From: Cetorhinus maximus
Lineage: Eukaryota
DNA length: 64,000 bases
Reading direction: 5' to 3'
NCBI RefSeq assembly: GCF_964194155.1
Contig: NC_135905.1
Location: 10,850,001 to 10,914,000, forward strand
The notes under the pieces: model-generated
The model's database searches: none
What the model saw: the letters and a program-made list of their open reading frames with translations, nothing else
Told to the model about the DNA's origin: nothing
Part shown: one piece after another, positions 36,751 through 50,039 of the stretch
Position numbering within the stretch: position 1 is the first letter of the stretch
Layout of the letters: every line of letters starts with the position of its first letter
Translations under genes and position numbers: made by a program

Positions 36751-39700
36751 ATATAGAGCCATAGAGTTATACAGCACAGAAACAGGCCCTATGTGTCTGT
36801 GCTGGCCATCACGCACCTATCTATTCTAATAGATGTGGCTGGTAAAATGTGAAATTATACTGGCCACCATTATTGACTGAAAAGCAGGAGGGGAGATGAA
36901 GGTAACAATTGGCAACAGCATTTGGAATCATGAATTGTCTGTGATGATGTAATGTAACAATAAAGAGAATTAGAACTATTAGTGATAATATGTTTCAAGA
37001 TAGGCCTGCTCTCTAAAATGCATCTGGTTCACTGAGTGTGTCACTAAGAAGCTGGTGTATTTTGTTCTCATGTTTTTGCTTTCCGACAGCACTGACCCTT
37101 TCTCTGATATTAACACATTCTGCTACTTTGCTTTCAGACAGTGCTGACCTTTATTCTGCTATTAACACCTACTCTGGACCAAAGCTTTAGATTTTAATGC
37201 TATCTTTACCACTCTCTTTGTTTTGTGTTCCATGACCTCTTTGTCATTTAATTTTCCCCACCCCCTAACCTATCCCTGACTTTTAATCCACCTGACATCC
37301 CCCTCCCTCCCTTCTAAACAGTATAAAGCCTATCACATTTCTACCTCTTCAATTCTGAAGAAGCATTATATTGGACTGAACGTTAACTCTCTCCACAGGT
37401 GCTACCAGACCGCATATTTAAGACCGAGATAGATAGGTTCTTGATTAGTAAGGGGATCAATGGTTACGGGGAGAAGGCGGGAGAATGGGGTTGAGAAACT
37501 TATCAGCCATGATTGAATGGCGGAGCAGACTCGATGGGCCAAATGGCCTAATTTCTGCTCCTATGTCTTATGGTCTGATGAGTTTTTCCAGCATTTTCTG
37601 TTTTTACTTCCAGTTCACTGATGCCTTTTAAGGAAGGAAATCTACCATCCTTACCCGGTCTGGCCTACACATGACCCCAGATCCACAGTAACAGTGGTTG
37701 ATTCTTAACTGTCCTCTGAAATGGCCTAGCAAGCCACTCAGTTCAAGGCCAATTAGGGATGGACAACAAATGCAGCCATCCTTTAAGAGATTAAATTGTT
37801 TTAAAAATCATGAATTAAACTGTAAATCTATTAAGTGGAGGAGCTCCAGTGGTGTTACTGGCAGGTTAAGAAGGGGATAGGACACCGGGTTCTGTGTCTC
37901 TTTTTCCCTCCCAAACTGGTTGGATTGCCTAGCCTCAAGGGACTGAAGTGGGGGAGGGGGAAGCTAACCTCAATTGGGTTACTGGGAACTAACGGGCAGC
38001 GAGGAAAGCAGAACTGGGACACAGTCCATGGGCTTCCTGAGTCTAGACTTTGGAAAACCAGGCATCAATGTGCTGTAATATGGAGCTACAAGTAATTACT
38101 TCCAGGATCACAAAGCAATACACACGCTTTCAAGCAGCACTTATTAAAAGCTGAAACTCGAAATCAAGAAGAACACCAGATAAATCCTGGAACATTTAGT
38201 AGGTCAGGAAACATCTACCACGAAACGTCAGTTTCTCTCCTTCCGTTCTTAAAAGCTTCCGGACTCCCATCTTTGGCGAGGACTTCCGTGGAGGCTGCAA
38301 CCCGATTGGCCAACGTCTCCTGCAATGTGATTGGGCAGAAACTTCTAGAGCGGTTTTGCGCGTTTTGATTGGTGAATCACAAAAACAGAAACTCACGCAT
38401 TCGAAAGGGAAAAAACAATATTTAGCCAATCAAAAAGGAGAGATTAGCACCTCCAACTGAGAAGACGGACCACAAAGTTCACAACAAGCAAGTAATATTT
38501 TATTATCTGGATATTAAAGAGCAACACACCTTCGACCGACACTTTCGTTATGGTCTGAATGTTAAATGGCAAACTGTAGCGATAAGTGCCCGTTATACTC
38601 AATTCCAGGTTCCTGCGCTAATTTTTTTTCTCTTATAAATTACAGAATGCTATTTAGATTTAAATATCTGTTTGCTGAAGAAATTTGATAGACTTATGTT
38701 TACAGTTTGGCTCCTCACTTCTAGTTATTACTTATCGACTTCGCAAACGGGGAATTATTGTGGACTTTAATCCCGTGTTACTTTAGTCTATCGTATTAAA
38801 ATGAAGAATTAAACACCACACTGATATCCAAGTAAAGGCCCATGGTGACACAGGAGTGGCAGCAGCCAAGACCGGACATAGTGAAGTCGTGAGGTGTGAC
38901 CCGCCCCCCGCTCTCCCCTGGTAGGCTTGCCCCGACCCGTTGGCACCAAATCCTACCCAATTCCAGGCAATGCTAATCGTGGACAAGTTAAACCGTGGAC
39001 AAACCATTTGGAAAAGGCGCTCAGGGTCATCTGGCCCGGATGATTCAGCTTGTACCAAACCCGGAGGAGTTAGCCAGTTTATGGGTGACCAGGAAAGATG
39101 AATTTATACCAACCCTGTCCTAAACGTTCACTTTCAAGGGATTAAAACGATGATCTTGGTGCACTCGGCTCCAGCCATCTCTAGCCCTTTGCTTTTCTTA
39201 TTCGCTCATGGGATGTGGGCGTCACTGGCTAGGCCAGCATTTATTGCCCATCCCCAGTTGCCCTTGTTCAGAGGGCATTTTAAGAGTCAATCACATTGCT
39301 GTGGGGTTGGAGTCACATGTAGGCCAGACCAAGTAGGGATGGCAGATTTCCTTCCCTAAAGGGACATTCGTGAACTAAATGGTTTTTTTTTACGACAATC
39401 GGCAACGGTTTTGTGATCACCGTCAGACTTTTAATTCCAGATTTTGATTGAATTCGAATTTTAGTTAAGGTTGTTTTATTCACGTTTTGATTCAACGTGT
39501 TCAACTCTTTTCTCAGAGCCGAAAGTTAACAGTTCGTTGCCTGGATTCTATAAACGTGTTTCACATTAATATGTGTAACTATAGATACCATTTTAAGGAT
39601 ATTGAATTTGTTTTAATAGGAATGATAGAAATTAGAGTTGCTTTTAGGCCCAGACACTGATTAACACACCACAGCAGATCAAACCTTTTTCTCCAAATCT

Positions 39701-40176
39701 TAATTTTAAACATTTTATTGTATCAGCCGGCGATTTACACAGTGTCCTCAAAATTATAATGAGGGTTTCCCTGAAACATTGCACCATATTCATTGATGAG
39801 AAAATTAAGTTAACGGGATAATCACCCAGACTGTAAGAAAGCAAATGATAGGTAAACCAGAAACAATTGTAACAGATATAGCAAATGGATCGCAGCCTAG
39901 CACAAACAAAGGGAGCAAGATGGAGGGATCCAACTGTGCGATAGTGTCATGGAACTGGGTTCGAATTTGGGGAGCACTCTTTCTAATAGCACGCATTAGT
40001 CCAGACATTTATTATTACACACGTTTGAACTGCTGGAGAACAGTTATGAAATGCGATGGTTTATGTATTTTCACAGTGGGTGGTACAAACTGAGAAGTGT
40101 GGGCCTTGAACATGTACCACGTGTGCCCCACAGATGGACAATTGCGTTTTAGCTCCTTCGCCCTAGCACACCTGGC

Positions 40177-40755
40177 ATTCTATTTGAAGGTAAAAGCAAA
40201 ATACTGCCGGTGCTGGAAATCTGAATCAAAAACAGAAAATGCTGGAAAAACTCAGCAGGTCTGACAGCATCTGTGGAGAGAGAAACAGAGTTGACCTTGA
40301 GATCAAAAGGCAGCTGCAAGACTCCATCTGGCTCCACAGTGAAAAAAAAAAACCTTGTTTTGAATTCCTAAGGTGAAAATGCTTTGCCTGGTGTTTGGTT
40401 AACTCTATGGGTTGCTGTTGCCTTAGTGGAGATTAGTTTGGGAATTTGTTACAAGTTATTTGCAGCCATGTGTGTATATTTTAACCTGTGTAAATTAATA
40501 AAATGTTTCAATTAGTTTCATGTAAAGCCTCGCGAACTGGTGGTCTGATTCCCGAATTTAGAGTGGCATCTCAAACATAGCACTTAAAATTATAGGTTAT
40601 GACAGTTGTTTAAAGTTTCCCTCCGGGGAATTTTAAATGACTCCGCTTTTCCAACTGCATCGGTCATAACAATTCAACTCTGTTTCTCTCTCCACGGATA
40701 CTGTCAGACCTGCTGAGTTTTTCCAGCATTTTCTATTTTTAATTCTATTTGAAGG
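40177..40755. mobile_element. Penelope-type fold-back element enclosing an LTR 3' fragment
   Basis: Perfect 14-bp TSD attctatttgaagg (40177-40190 and 40742-40755). Inverted arms at about 40191-40297 and 40672-40741. Interior about 40300-40671 ends in CATAACA and resembles the LTR at 45543-46436. Confidence 0.75.
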
Positions 40756-40791
40756 GCATGGTGAGCTACTTGAACTTAATTATGTGATATT

Positions 40792-40799
<8 letters not shown>

Positions 40800-40823
<24 letters not shown>
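40800..40823. repeat. (TG)n microsatellite just downstream of the RBP3 stop codon
   Basis: tgtgtgtg... run; other short microsatellites at about 26740-26783 (AT), 27215-27243 (GA) and 32575-32592 (CT). Confidence 0.9.
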
Positions 40824-40848
40824 CTTGCTGAAGCTACGCGGGAGTAAA

Positions 40849-41174
40849 TTAGGAATGTCCACTTAAGTGACTTCTCAAAATTTCCTTCGCCTTCTCCAGC
40901 GCTGTTCCAGCGGGTACCTCGAAGTGGGGTGCGACTCCTGTCCCCTCCCAGGAGACTCCCTCCGGGCTGGAAGACCTGACGGTCGGGATGGTCAGGTACA
41001 GGCTGGTGTCGTCCACATGGTAGGTTTGCGGAGGGTGACAGCCTCCGCTCGTCAGCTCGCCAACGACCAGGGCCCTCCCCAGTCTCTTCATGACGAAGAC
41101 GAATTCTTCCGCTGCCCCCGAAGTGAAGTTGCTCGTGAGGAGAATTAATTCCCTTTTCGAGCCATATCGCTCCC
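40849..41174 (-). CDS. RBP3: RBP3 exon 4 (coding part, to the stop codon)
   Basis: (G)[55 protein letters not shown]...[15 protein letters not shown]; acceptor tttttgttaag; joined CDS is 3645 nt (1214 aa). Confidence 0.96.
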
Positions 41175-41297
41175 CTTAACAAAAAAAAACCAAAACCAAC
41201 AAATACACACAGGGCAGCAATGACAAAAATGGCACACACACACACAAAAGAAGCAACGAAGCGCGTTTAGAAAGGAATGCAGTCTTTGAGCAATTAC

Positions 41298-41440
41298 CTG
41301 CTACCCGGGGAATGGTCCATAGTTCCGAGGTCGTGTCAGTAGGTCTGCTGTAAATGGTATCTAGGAGCACCGGGTTCCCGTCGTCAAAGAAATAAGAACA
41401 GAGGGCTGGGATAGAAGAGGTAGGGCCCCCAATGTTGTAC
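41298..41440 (-). CDS. RBP3: RBP3 exon 3
   Basis: (R)[47 protein letters not shown](G); 143 bp; acceptor gtgcag, donor gtaatt. Confidence 0.96.
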
Positions 41441-42081
41441 CTGCACGACACAATACATGCTTGAATTAGTTAACCCCGGGAAGATTGCGTTAGCGTTTTC
41501 GGACACATTCAAACAACAGCCAGGATTGTTTAAACAGGGAGACGGAAGGACTAAGCAGATATCTAACTGAGCCACGCCGATGGATTGTTGTTCCTTCGAG
41601 TCTTTCACTCAAAAGTCAAGGCTGCTTTATTTTACACATCGCCCTTAATGACCCTTAACCAGGCCTGTGGGGAATTAAATCATTCATGTCAAACTGGACA
41701 GTTTATGTACCTGCACCGCCAACCCTTGACTTCAGCGGCGCAGTTATCTCGGCCTTTCAGCGATAGAGCAGTTACACCCCCTCGATGGTCTAGAAATTAC
41801 AGCCATGAAGTAGTTTTGCTCCCTTCCGTAAATTCATAAAGTATTTTGCAGGTTTGTTCCCATTACCATCAGAAGACACCAACGCCTCTTTTAAAGAAGG
41901 AAATTATAACCCTTGTGTTCATGCTTCGATTATTTGATGACTTAAATGTATCAGTAATCAACTTGCTCACATATCTACGTTAAAGATTTTGATGCGAAGT
42001 ATGTGTATGAGCAAAGGGAAACTTGAGATTGAATGTAATTCTAAATAAGGCAGGCACCTCAGCTGTTCCATTTCCACTTTG

Positions 42082-43350
42082 AACATAGGAGCAGAGTTAG
42101 GCTATCCGGCCCTTGGATCCGGCTCGGACATTCAACAAGATCATGGCTGATCTGGTTGGGGTCTCAACTCCACTTTCCCCTCTGTAACCACCCCCCACAA
42201 ATAACCCTTGACTATGAAAAATCTGTCTAACTCAGCCTTGAATAAATTCAGTGACCCAGCCTCCACTGCTTTCTGGGGAAGAGAATTCCACGGACTAACC
42301 ACCCTCTGCAGAGGGAAAAAAAAAATCTCCCCATCTCTGTCTTAAAAGGCAGTCCTCTTATTCTTAAACCGTGTCCCTTAGTTCTAGTCCCCCCACAAGA
42401 GGAAACATCCTCCTGATATCCACCCTCGGGATCTTGTATGTTTCTATAAGATCACCTCTCTTTCTTCTAAACTCCAATGGGTATAGGCCCAACCCACTCA
42501 ACCTTTCTTCATAAGATAAGCCCTTCATTTCAGGAATAAGGTGAGTGAATCTTCCCTGAACTGCGTCTAATGCAATTATTTCCTTTCTAAAATCAGGAGG
42601 CTGAAACTGCACACAGTATTCCATTGGTGGCCCTGTACAACTGCAGTAAAACATCCATACCTTTATATTCAATTCCCATTGCGATAAAGGCCAACATTCC
42701 ATTTGCCTTCCCAATCACTTGATGTGCTTGCATACTAATCTTTTGTGATTCATATGTACCAGGACCCCAGATACCTCTGAGTTCTGCAATCTCCCTCCAT
42801 TTAAATAGTAGATTTCTTTCCTATTCTTCCTGCCAAAGTGGACAAGTTCTCATTTTCCCAAATTACATCTGCCAATGTTTTGCCCACTCACTTAACCTGT
42901 CTATATCCCTTTGCAGACTCTCTACCTCCTCTTGACAACTTACTTTCCTACCTCTCTTGGTGTCATTGGCAAATTTAGCTACCATATTTTCAATCCCTAC
43001 ATCTAAGTAATTGATATAGATTGTAAATAGTTGAAGCACTCTACTACTTACAACTTGCCAACCTAAGAAGACCCATTTATCCATAGTCTCTTCTTCCTGT
43101 TAGTAAGCCAATCCTTTATCCATGCTAATATGTTACCCTCAAGATCATGTGCTCTAATCTTGTGTAGTAACCTTTTTATGTGGCACCTTACCAAATGCCT
43201 CCTGGAAATCCAAGTACACCACATCTACAGGTTGCCCTTTATCCACCTTGCTTGTTGCTTCCTGAAAAAAACTCTAATAAATTAATTGGACACAATTTCC
43301 CTTTCACAAAACCATGTTGACCCTGCCTGCCCATATTATGATTTTCTAAG
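42082..43350 (-). mobile_element. Degenerate CR1 LINE in RBP3 intron 2
   Basis: ORFs 42863..43084 (KFANDTK...LQRDIDRLSEWAKHWQM) and 42364..42714 (GLSYEERL...RGDLIETYKI). Confidence 0.88.
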
Positions 43351-44124
43351 AAGAAATGCATTCAATTGCACATGATGGATTTGCCTTTTTGTCATATTCC
43401 ACCACAATAGTGATTAATTTCCAAATTATATCAGCCAGAAAAAAAATCCTGTAGCACTGACCTCCTGGTCACGTGACATGAAAGAACAACTGTAATTACT
43501 AAACACGTATTTCCACTTGCTGTCAGAATGCAGCAAGCATTGGTTTCATCTTAAACATTGGCAATAATCAAAATGTTATTTGCTAGAATTGCATAAAAGA
43601 ACTGCATCTCATTTTTAAGCATCTTCCTGAGTGCAATAGCACTTGTAATGGTGTAACATTCTGTTACTATTTATACAACTATATTAGGATACAGTTATAA
43701 ATAGATCTTATCAAATACAACACATTATGACTTTGGGTTTAATACTGCAACGTGAGGACAGTGATTTATAGTTTTCAGGATTAAATGGATGGAACTATTG
43801 AACTTAATTCTGAAAACATCAATAAAACTCTTAGATTTCAATGTATTAAAACAAAACTTAAGTTTTTAAAATAATATCATCTTAATCAGAATTGAAAAGA
43901 ACAACCCCCAAGTTACTGGTTACAAATCCTCTGTAATCAAATGAAATTCAACATAGTCAGTCACCCTGAACGTCATTGCTAAAATTCAAAGACAACACAA
44001 CATTCGATAGTGTGAAACCACATTAGTTCCAGTGCAGCTGTTTTCACTAAGGTGAAACATACTAATATCCATGAACAGAGCACTTTCCAGTTTGGGGGTA
44101 TCAAGCTGAATCAGCCGTGTCCAC

Positions 44125-44940
44125 ATGCAGCATGACCTTAACAATGTTCAGACTAGGACTGATGAGTATAAAGTAACATTTGTGCCATACAAGTGCTGGG
44201 CAATGACCATCTCCAACAAGAGAGAATATAACCATTTCCCCTTGACATTCAATGGCAATACCTTAGCTGAATCCCCCATCGTCAATATCCTGAGTGTTAC
44301 CATTGATCAGAGACTTAACTGGACAAGCCATATAAATGCTGTGACTTACAAGAGCAGGCCAGAGGCTCAAAATTCTGTGAGTAATTCACCTCCTGACTCC
44401 CCAAAGCCTGTTAACCATCTACAAGGTGCAAGTCAGGAGTGTGATGGAATTCTCTTCATTTGCCTGGATGAGTGCAGCTCCAACAAAACTCAAGAAGCTT
44501 GACACAATTCAGGACAAAGTTTACCGCATGATTGGCACCCCATCCACTACCTTAAACATTCACTCCTTCCACACTGAAATATAGTGATGCCAGTGTGTAT
44601 GATATACAAGGTGCACTAATTGAGGTTCCTTTGGCAGCACCTTCCAAACCCATGAGCTCAACCACATAGAAGGACAAGGGCAGGAGATGCATGGGAACAC
44701 CACCACCTGCAAATTCCCCTCCAAGCCATTCAGCATCTGGAACCGTATCTCTGTTCCTTCACTGTCACTGGGTCAAAATCCTGGAACTCCATTCCTAACA
44801 GGACTGTAGGTGTACCCACACCAGAGGAACTGCAGGGGTTCAAGAAGGTGGCTCACCACCACCTTCTCAAGGGCAATTAGGGAAGGGAAACAAATGCTGG
44901 CCTTTCCAGTGATGCTCATGTCCTATGAAAGAATAAAAAA
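44125..44940 (+). mobile_element. LINE (CR1/L2 group) 3' fragment of a second family
   Basis: ORF 44125..44502 (QHDLNNVQ...VTFVPYKC...ILSVTIDQRLNWTSHIN) is an RT C-terminus; tail gggcaattagg...aaatgctggcc...gaataaaaaa. Shorter copies at about 60247-61010 (minus) and 62310-62490. Confidence 0.75.
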
Positions 44941-45542
44941 GCTCCCCAATATAGCTACACTTGGTGTAGTGAAGTTGGATGCACAGTAAATCCCCATCTA
45001 TTCTGCTCAAACAATCTGCTGCAGTTTTAACTTCAGAATAGCACCCTCTGTTGCACTTCTGCTACATTGCCATTTCCACTTCCCATGGCAGCCATCATTT
45101 AGGATCTCTAGATGGGATTCCCAATTTTATTCAAAACTATGGATAGTTTTGTGCACAATCTCTCTGAAAGTCAGTGGTGTCCAACCAAATCCATGTTATA
45201 TTGGACTGTTACAGCTAGCTTGCTGAGGTGACTTTCATCCAATCAGCCTGGGCTAGATTTGCACTTAGATCCGCGGAAATGAAAGACCAATATCTAGCTC
45301 ATTATATCACTAGTGTTCTGAAATGTTTTGATTCACCTTGCTCAGTCATTACATTGGGCTGGGTTTTGCAGTCAGTGGCAAAGCAAAGGTGCTCACTGCT
45401 GACTCTGAAGATTATTGTCCACAAAGATCTAGCACTCTCTAGTTTGGATTTCTACTTTCCTCTATGGCAGTTTAAGTCTGGCAACAAGTAAAGGGAATCT
45501 CCAGCTAACCAGCAGCAGTGATGGCAACAAGTAGAGTAAGCC

Positions 45543-46436
45543 TGTTATGGCACAGCAGATGGTAAATGCTAAGCTGCTCAAATCCCAGAGGGAAACTTGA
45601 AGCAGCTGTCACAACTATTTGCAACTTGTGCTTATTTTGAGATGTGGGCTTTGAATTCAGTATTAATAAGTTCACCAAGTCTTATAGGTTTCTTTAAAAA
45701 AAAACTAAATTAAACATTTATTAAATAAAAAAATGATTTTAAGCACATACATAGGTTTACAAATTACAACTATAGTAACTTCTAGCTCACCTGATTAATC
45801 TAACTCCCAATTACATCTCCATTAAGGCAACAGTAAAAACACAAAAGACCCAGGCAAAGTAACATGATACCCTGAATAGTCAAATTCAGAGTGAGTTTTC
45901 TTAACTTCAGTTCTTGCAGAGAGCAGCTTGGTAAATAGAGGCTGGAGGCTTTTCACACTTGTTAGATCTTAGAACTCCTTCTTTCCTATGCACAATCTCA
46001 TCTCCTTTATACAGATTTCCCCTTTGAATGCAAATCCCCATTATTTCACTATGTATTTGGACTTTACCTCTCTAATAATAAAAATCTATCTTGGTACCAA
46101 TTTTACCAATGATCTTTGGGAAAAATATTGTTTCTTCACTTCTCCTGGCTAGGTGAAACATATCGTGCCCTATTTTGAATTCAAGCTATTCTGGTTTATT
46201 TAAAAATTCAAATGTTCCCTTTACACCTCACATTCTAAAACTTCCCCTGTGTTTACCTGTTTAACATTTCAAAACTAGCTTATCTTCTGGTACATCAAAG
46301 CCTTCAGACCAACTGCCTTTAATTCATTTAAGTCCCCCCACCCCAAACCCACACACCCATAGACATGGACCCCACTATTACTCTACTTTACAATAAATTC
46401 CAATAACATTATGAAAATTATTATACCTTCCTGACA
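45543..46436 (-). mobile_element. Solo LTR in RBP3 intron 2
   Basis: TGTTA...TGACA termini with an exact 5-bp TSD AAGCC (45538-45542 and 46437-46441); minus-strand AATAAA near the left end. Confidence 0.7.
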
Positions 46437-47139
46437 AAGCCACCAATCACATTGAAGTATTCTTACCAACAGCAAACAAGGAAGTTAGAAATGCAAACTC
46501 CCTTCACTTTCAATTTAAATTCTCAGAGAGCAAAATACACGATTATGTTTGGATTAAGTTTGAAGCTAAAATATCATAAACAAACTTTATAAAATTAAAA
46601 ATATATGGAATGTTTTTATAATGCAGAAATTTAATATTCTGCAAGTATAAAATTAGTTTTTCAGGGCCGTTGAGGGTGTCTAACAATAATTATGAATCAA
46701 AGGATCATTACAGCACAGAAGAAGGCCATTTGGCCCATCATGTCCCTGCTGGCTCTTCTAAGGAGCACTGAACTTAGTATACCATTAAAAGCTCAATTAC
46801 ACTACATTTAACAAGGTGTAACTTTTTAAGGGTTTTTACAGCAGGACTAACAGCAAAAAGGTGGAAATTTTCATTAATTCTCTAACTGCTTAAGAAAGGC
46901 ATGTTGGGAAGACCTCAACAGCGCACACCCTGGAGGAGCAACTTTTGTGCACACGTGCACAGTTTTCTTAACATTACACAAAATCTGGGCTGATATCAAT
47001 TATTGTTTTATCGTTATCCTTTATTTCTTGATAACTATTGAAAGCTTGAAAATATCCCTGCAATTCAGTACCCGCATATCTGTCAGTCATTGTTAGTGTT
47101 TCCTTTTTGATGAAGGGAAGTCAGATTTGCTATTATAGT

Positions 47140-47645
47140 ATCATAGGGTTTACAGCACAGAAAGAGGCCCTTCAGCCCATCATGTCCACACCGGTCATCA
47201 AGCCCCTTTCTACCCTAATCCCATTTCACAGTGCTTGGCCCATAGCTTTGTATGCTATGGCATTTCAAATGTTCATCTAAATACTTCTTAAATGTTGTGA
47301 GGGTTCCCGCTTCTACCACCCATTCAGGCAGTGAGTTGCAGATACCCCCCCCAACCTTCTAGGTGAAAAAAACTTTCCTCAAATCCCCTCTAAATCGTCT
47401 GCCCCTTATCTTAAATCTATGCCCCCTGGTTCCGCTAAAGGGAAAAGTTTCTTCCTATCTACCTCTCATAATTTTGTATACCTCAGTCCGGTCCCCCTCA
47501 GCCTTCTTGGCTCCAAGGAAAACAATTCTAGCCTATCCAATCTCTCTTCATAGCTGAAATGCTCCAGCCCAGGCAACATCCTGATGAATCTCCCCTGCAC
47601 ACTCTTTAGTGCAATCACATCCTTCCTATAGTGTGGCAACCAGAA
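47140..47645 (-). mobile_element. CR1 LINE 3' fragment
   Basis: Reverse-complement similarity to 7490-7990; same family as 59820-60245. Confidence 0.75.
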
Positions 47646-49775
47646 TTATGAATAGTGCACTTGCCTGTGTGTCCAACTAACTGCAGCATTAAAACATATA
47701 CTTTGTCAACAGTGCAGGTAAGTGGAAAAAATTGATTTATATTATCTAATGAATGATCAAGGCAAGTTACAGATCAGCCACGCATCTGTGGCTTATGTCT
47801 TCACACTGTTTAATTATGAACTAGAGCCTTGTAATTGTGAATAGTGTATATATCTATAATTACTCTCCACTTATTAACTTGGAAAAAAGATGAATTATGG
47901 CGCATTTCTGCACTGAGGTCACTGTACAGCCTGTGGGTAACTCTTTTGGAAGTACTGTATTGCATTATTAAAGTACTTTAGTCATTATTTATATTGCTTC
48001 ATCTCTGTCACTGCACATGACATTAACAAAGATTGCACTCATCTGAGGACTGCTATTTTTGTATTAGCATGACAACCTTTTGTTTGCTATTCCATACATT
48101 CAGTTAAAATCTACAACTGTTTAGAGAGCGTTAGAGAAACATGTTTAGTTGGCATGTCACTCGTTGGCAAATTCAAGTGTCTACAAACCAAACCTCAACA
48201 TTTATGGGGACAGCTGACCACTCTGAGAATGTAGATGTTATTTGGAAATAAAGTGGTTTGGAAGATTTGATCACTTGGACAAGCTTTTTGCTGTCATTGG
48301 TTTTCATTTGCTGCCTCTGTGGACTGTGGTTCCACTGCCTTAAATGTTCTCCTTGTGTGTTTCTGCTTCTCATTTAGTCGAGCCATTTTGGCACCCTTAC
48401 GAGAAGCAGCCTCGGTCTCTTTGGCTGTAACCCTTCTCATGATGCAAATATATGGGAGTGCTATTGTGGGAGTGGCCTTCCCAAACTTCAGTTATAGTGG
48501 ATAAAAAGATTTTTTTAAGTTAGTGGACCTGCGAGGGGGAAACATTGGTAAAAAGTAAAGAGAGGTTAGGAAGTTGAGGAAACAGGAGGAAAATGTAAGG
48601 AGGAGAATTCAGATTTGGAGATGCAGGAGCATTGGAGCAGGTGGAATCAGATAAAAAGAATGAATGGGTGGTGGGTGGGGGAAGTGAGAATAAGTACCAA
48701 AATCAGCACCATTTTGTATATTTAGTATTATTTCTTTTCTAGGAGTTATTTTACATTATAACTATAAGGTCAATCCCATATCTATTTAATTTGTGCAGAG
48801 ATTGTAATTGTAATGTAATTAGGGCCTAAATTCGGAGTCAGGCTTAATCCTGACACTGAAAAAAAAACAAGAGGGAGTCCTTATCAGAGCCCATCTCACT
48901 TTGGTGAACTTCAATGTCTCTTTGGGCCTTCACACCCAATTGACACTACACATGTTTAGTCCGAATGTGATGCATAAAGCAGGTTCGCATCGATCCTAAA
49001 CTTGCAGTCTGGTTGCAATTGGTTGCAGAAAGTTGAAATGCTGCCTGATGCTTACAGTGTCAACTAACCGTTCATAAAGCAGAGTCCTCCAAGGATGGGT
49101 TGCATAGCTGTGGATCTTCCCTTTGTGATTCTTGGAGCAAAAGCAAAATGCAGGTATTCAATTTTAACCGAGATGGTTATGATCTGTAAGACTATAGTGT
49201 GTATGCCTTTAATTAATGCCGCACAGGGAGATCACACATTTACTTGAGAAGCAGCCATAGAAAATCATCGAATCATATAGTACAGAGAGGGGCCCTATTT
49301 AGCCCATTGTACCTGTGCCAGCTCTAGTTCCAATTGTAATCTGGCCTGGTTGGCTTGGGGTAAACCAGGGGAGGTTAGCAAGATGTCTTTGTGAGACTAT
49401 AATTTTGCAACAAGACTCTTGATTGATTTGGAATATCTTTGGCCCCTGGAATTTGATCAGCACGTGGACCAATTATTGCATTGCAATGGAGATTCAAACC
49501 GGGTGAGATTTTTCTCTTGCTCAAAACACATTCACTTCAAGCTAAGATCAGGCCCAAGCTTATTACCACACACCAAGACTTAGATATGTGACATACCTAA
49601 CACTTGAAGAGTATTCGAGTGCCTAGATGACTCCAATACAATTGACATGAGTTGTTGACAATGCATGGCACACAGCGGAAGGAACCATGCAGTTATGCAC
49701 AATTTTGACATCTTTCAGGCTATGAAGGGGAATTGGAACACTGCAACGGTTGGTCAATGTTACAGCGTACATTAC

Positions 49776-49966
49776 CTAAGATCCACAATCAGCGCAGTGG
49801 TGTTTGCAATTTTGTTCCAGACATGTTGCACCATTAGATCTGAAACTTGGGTAATGAGTTCAAGGTCACCAAACATGTCAAATCGGAGGTAGCCGACAGC
49901 ATTCTCAAACACTTTCGTTTGGAAAGAAAATTTGATTAGGTCCTCAAACATCTCAGGGGGTGGAAT
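49776..49966 (-). CDS. RBP3: RBP3 exon 2 (absent from the ORF track)
   Basis: [63 protein letters not shown](R); 191 bp; acceptor ttttttcctag, donor AG|gtaat. Confidence 0.96.
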
Positions 49967-50039
49967 CTAGGAAAAAAGGACATACAAACCAGGCTGTAAT
50001 TAATATGCACAAATACATAGGAAGACAGGAGCATAGGGC

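Noticed and set aside
39644-40093. Short hydrophobic ORFs downstream of RBP3 as a small gene driven by the orphan promoter
   Set aside because: No recognisable homology, splice structure or coding bias could be supported by eye.
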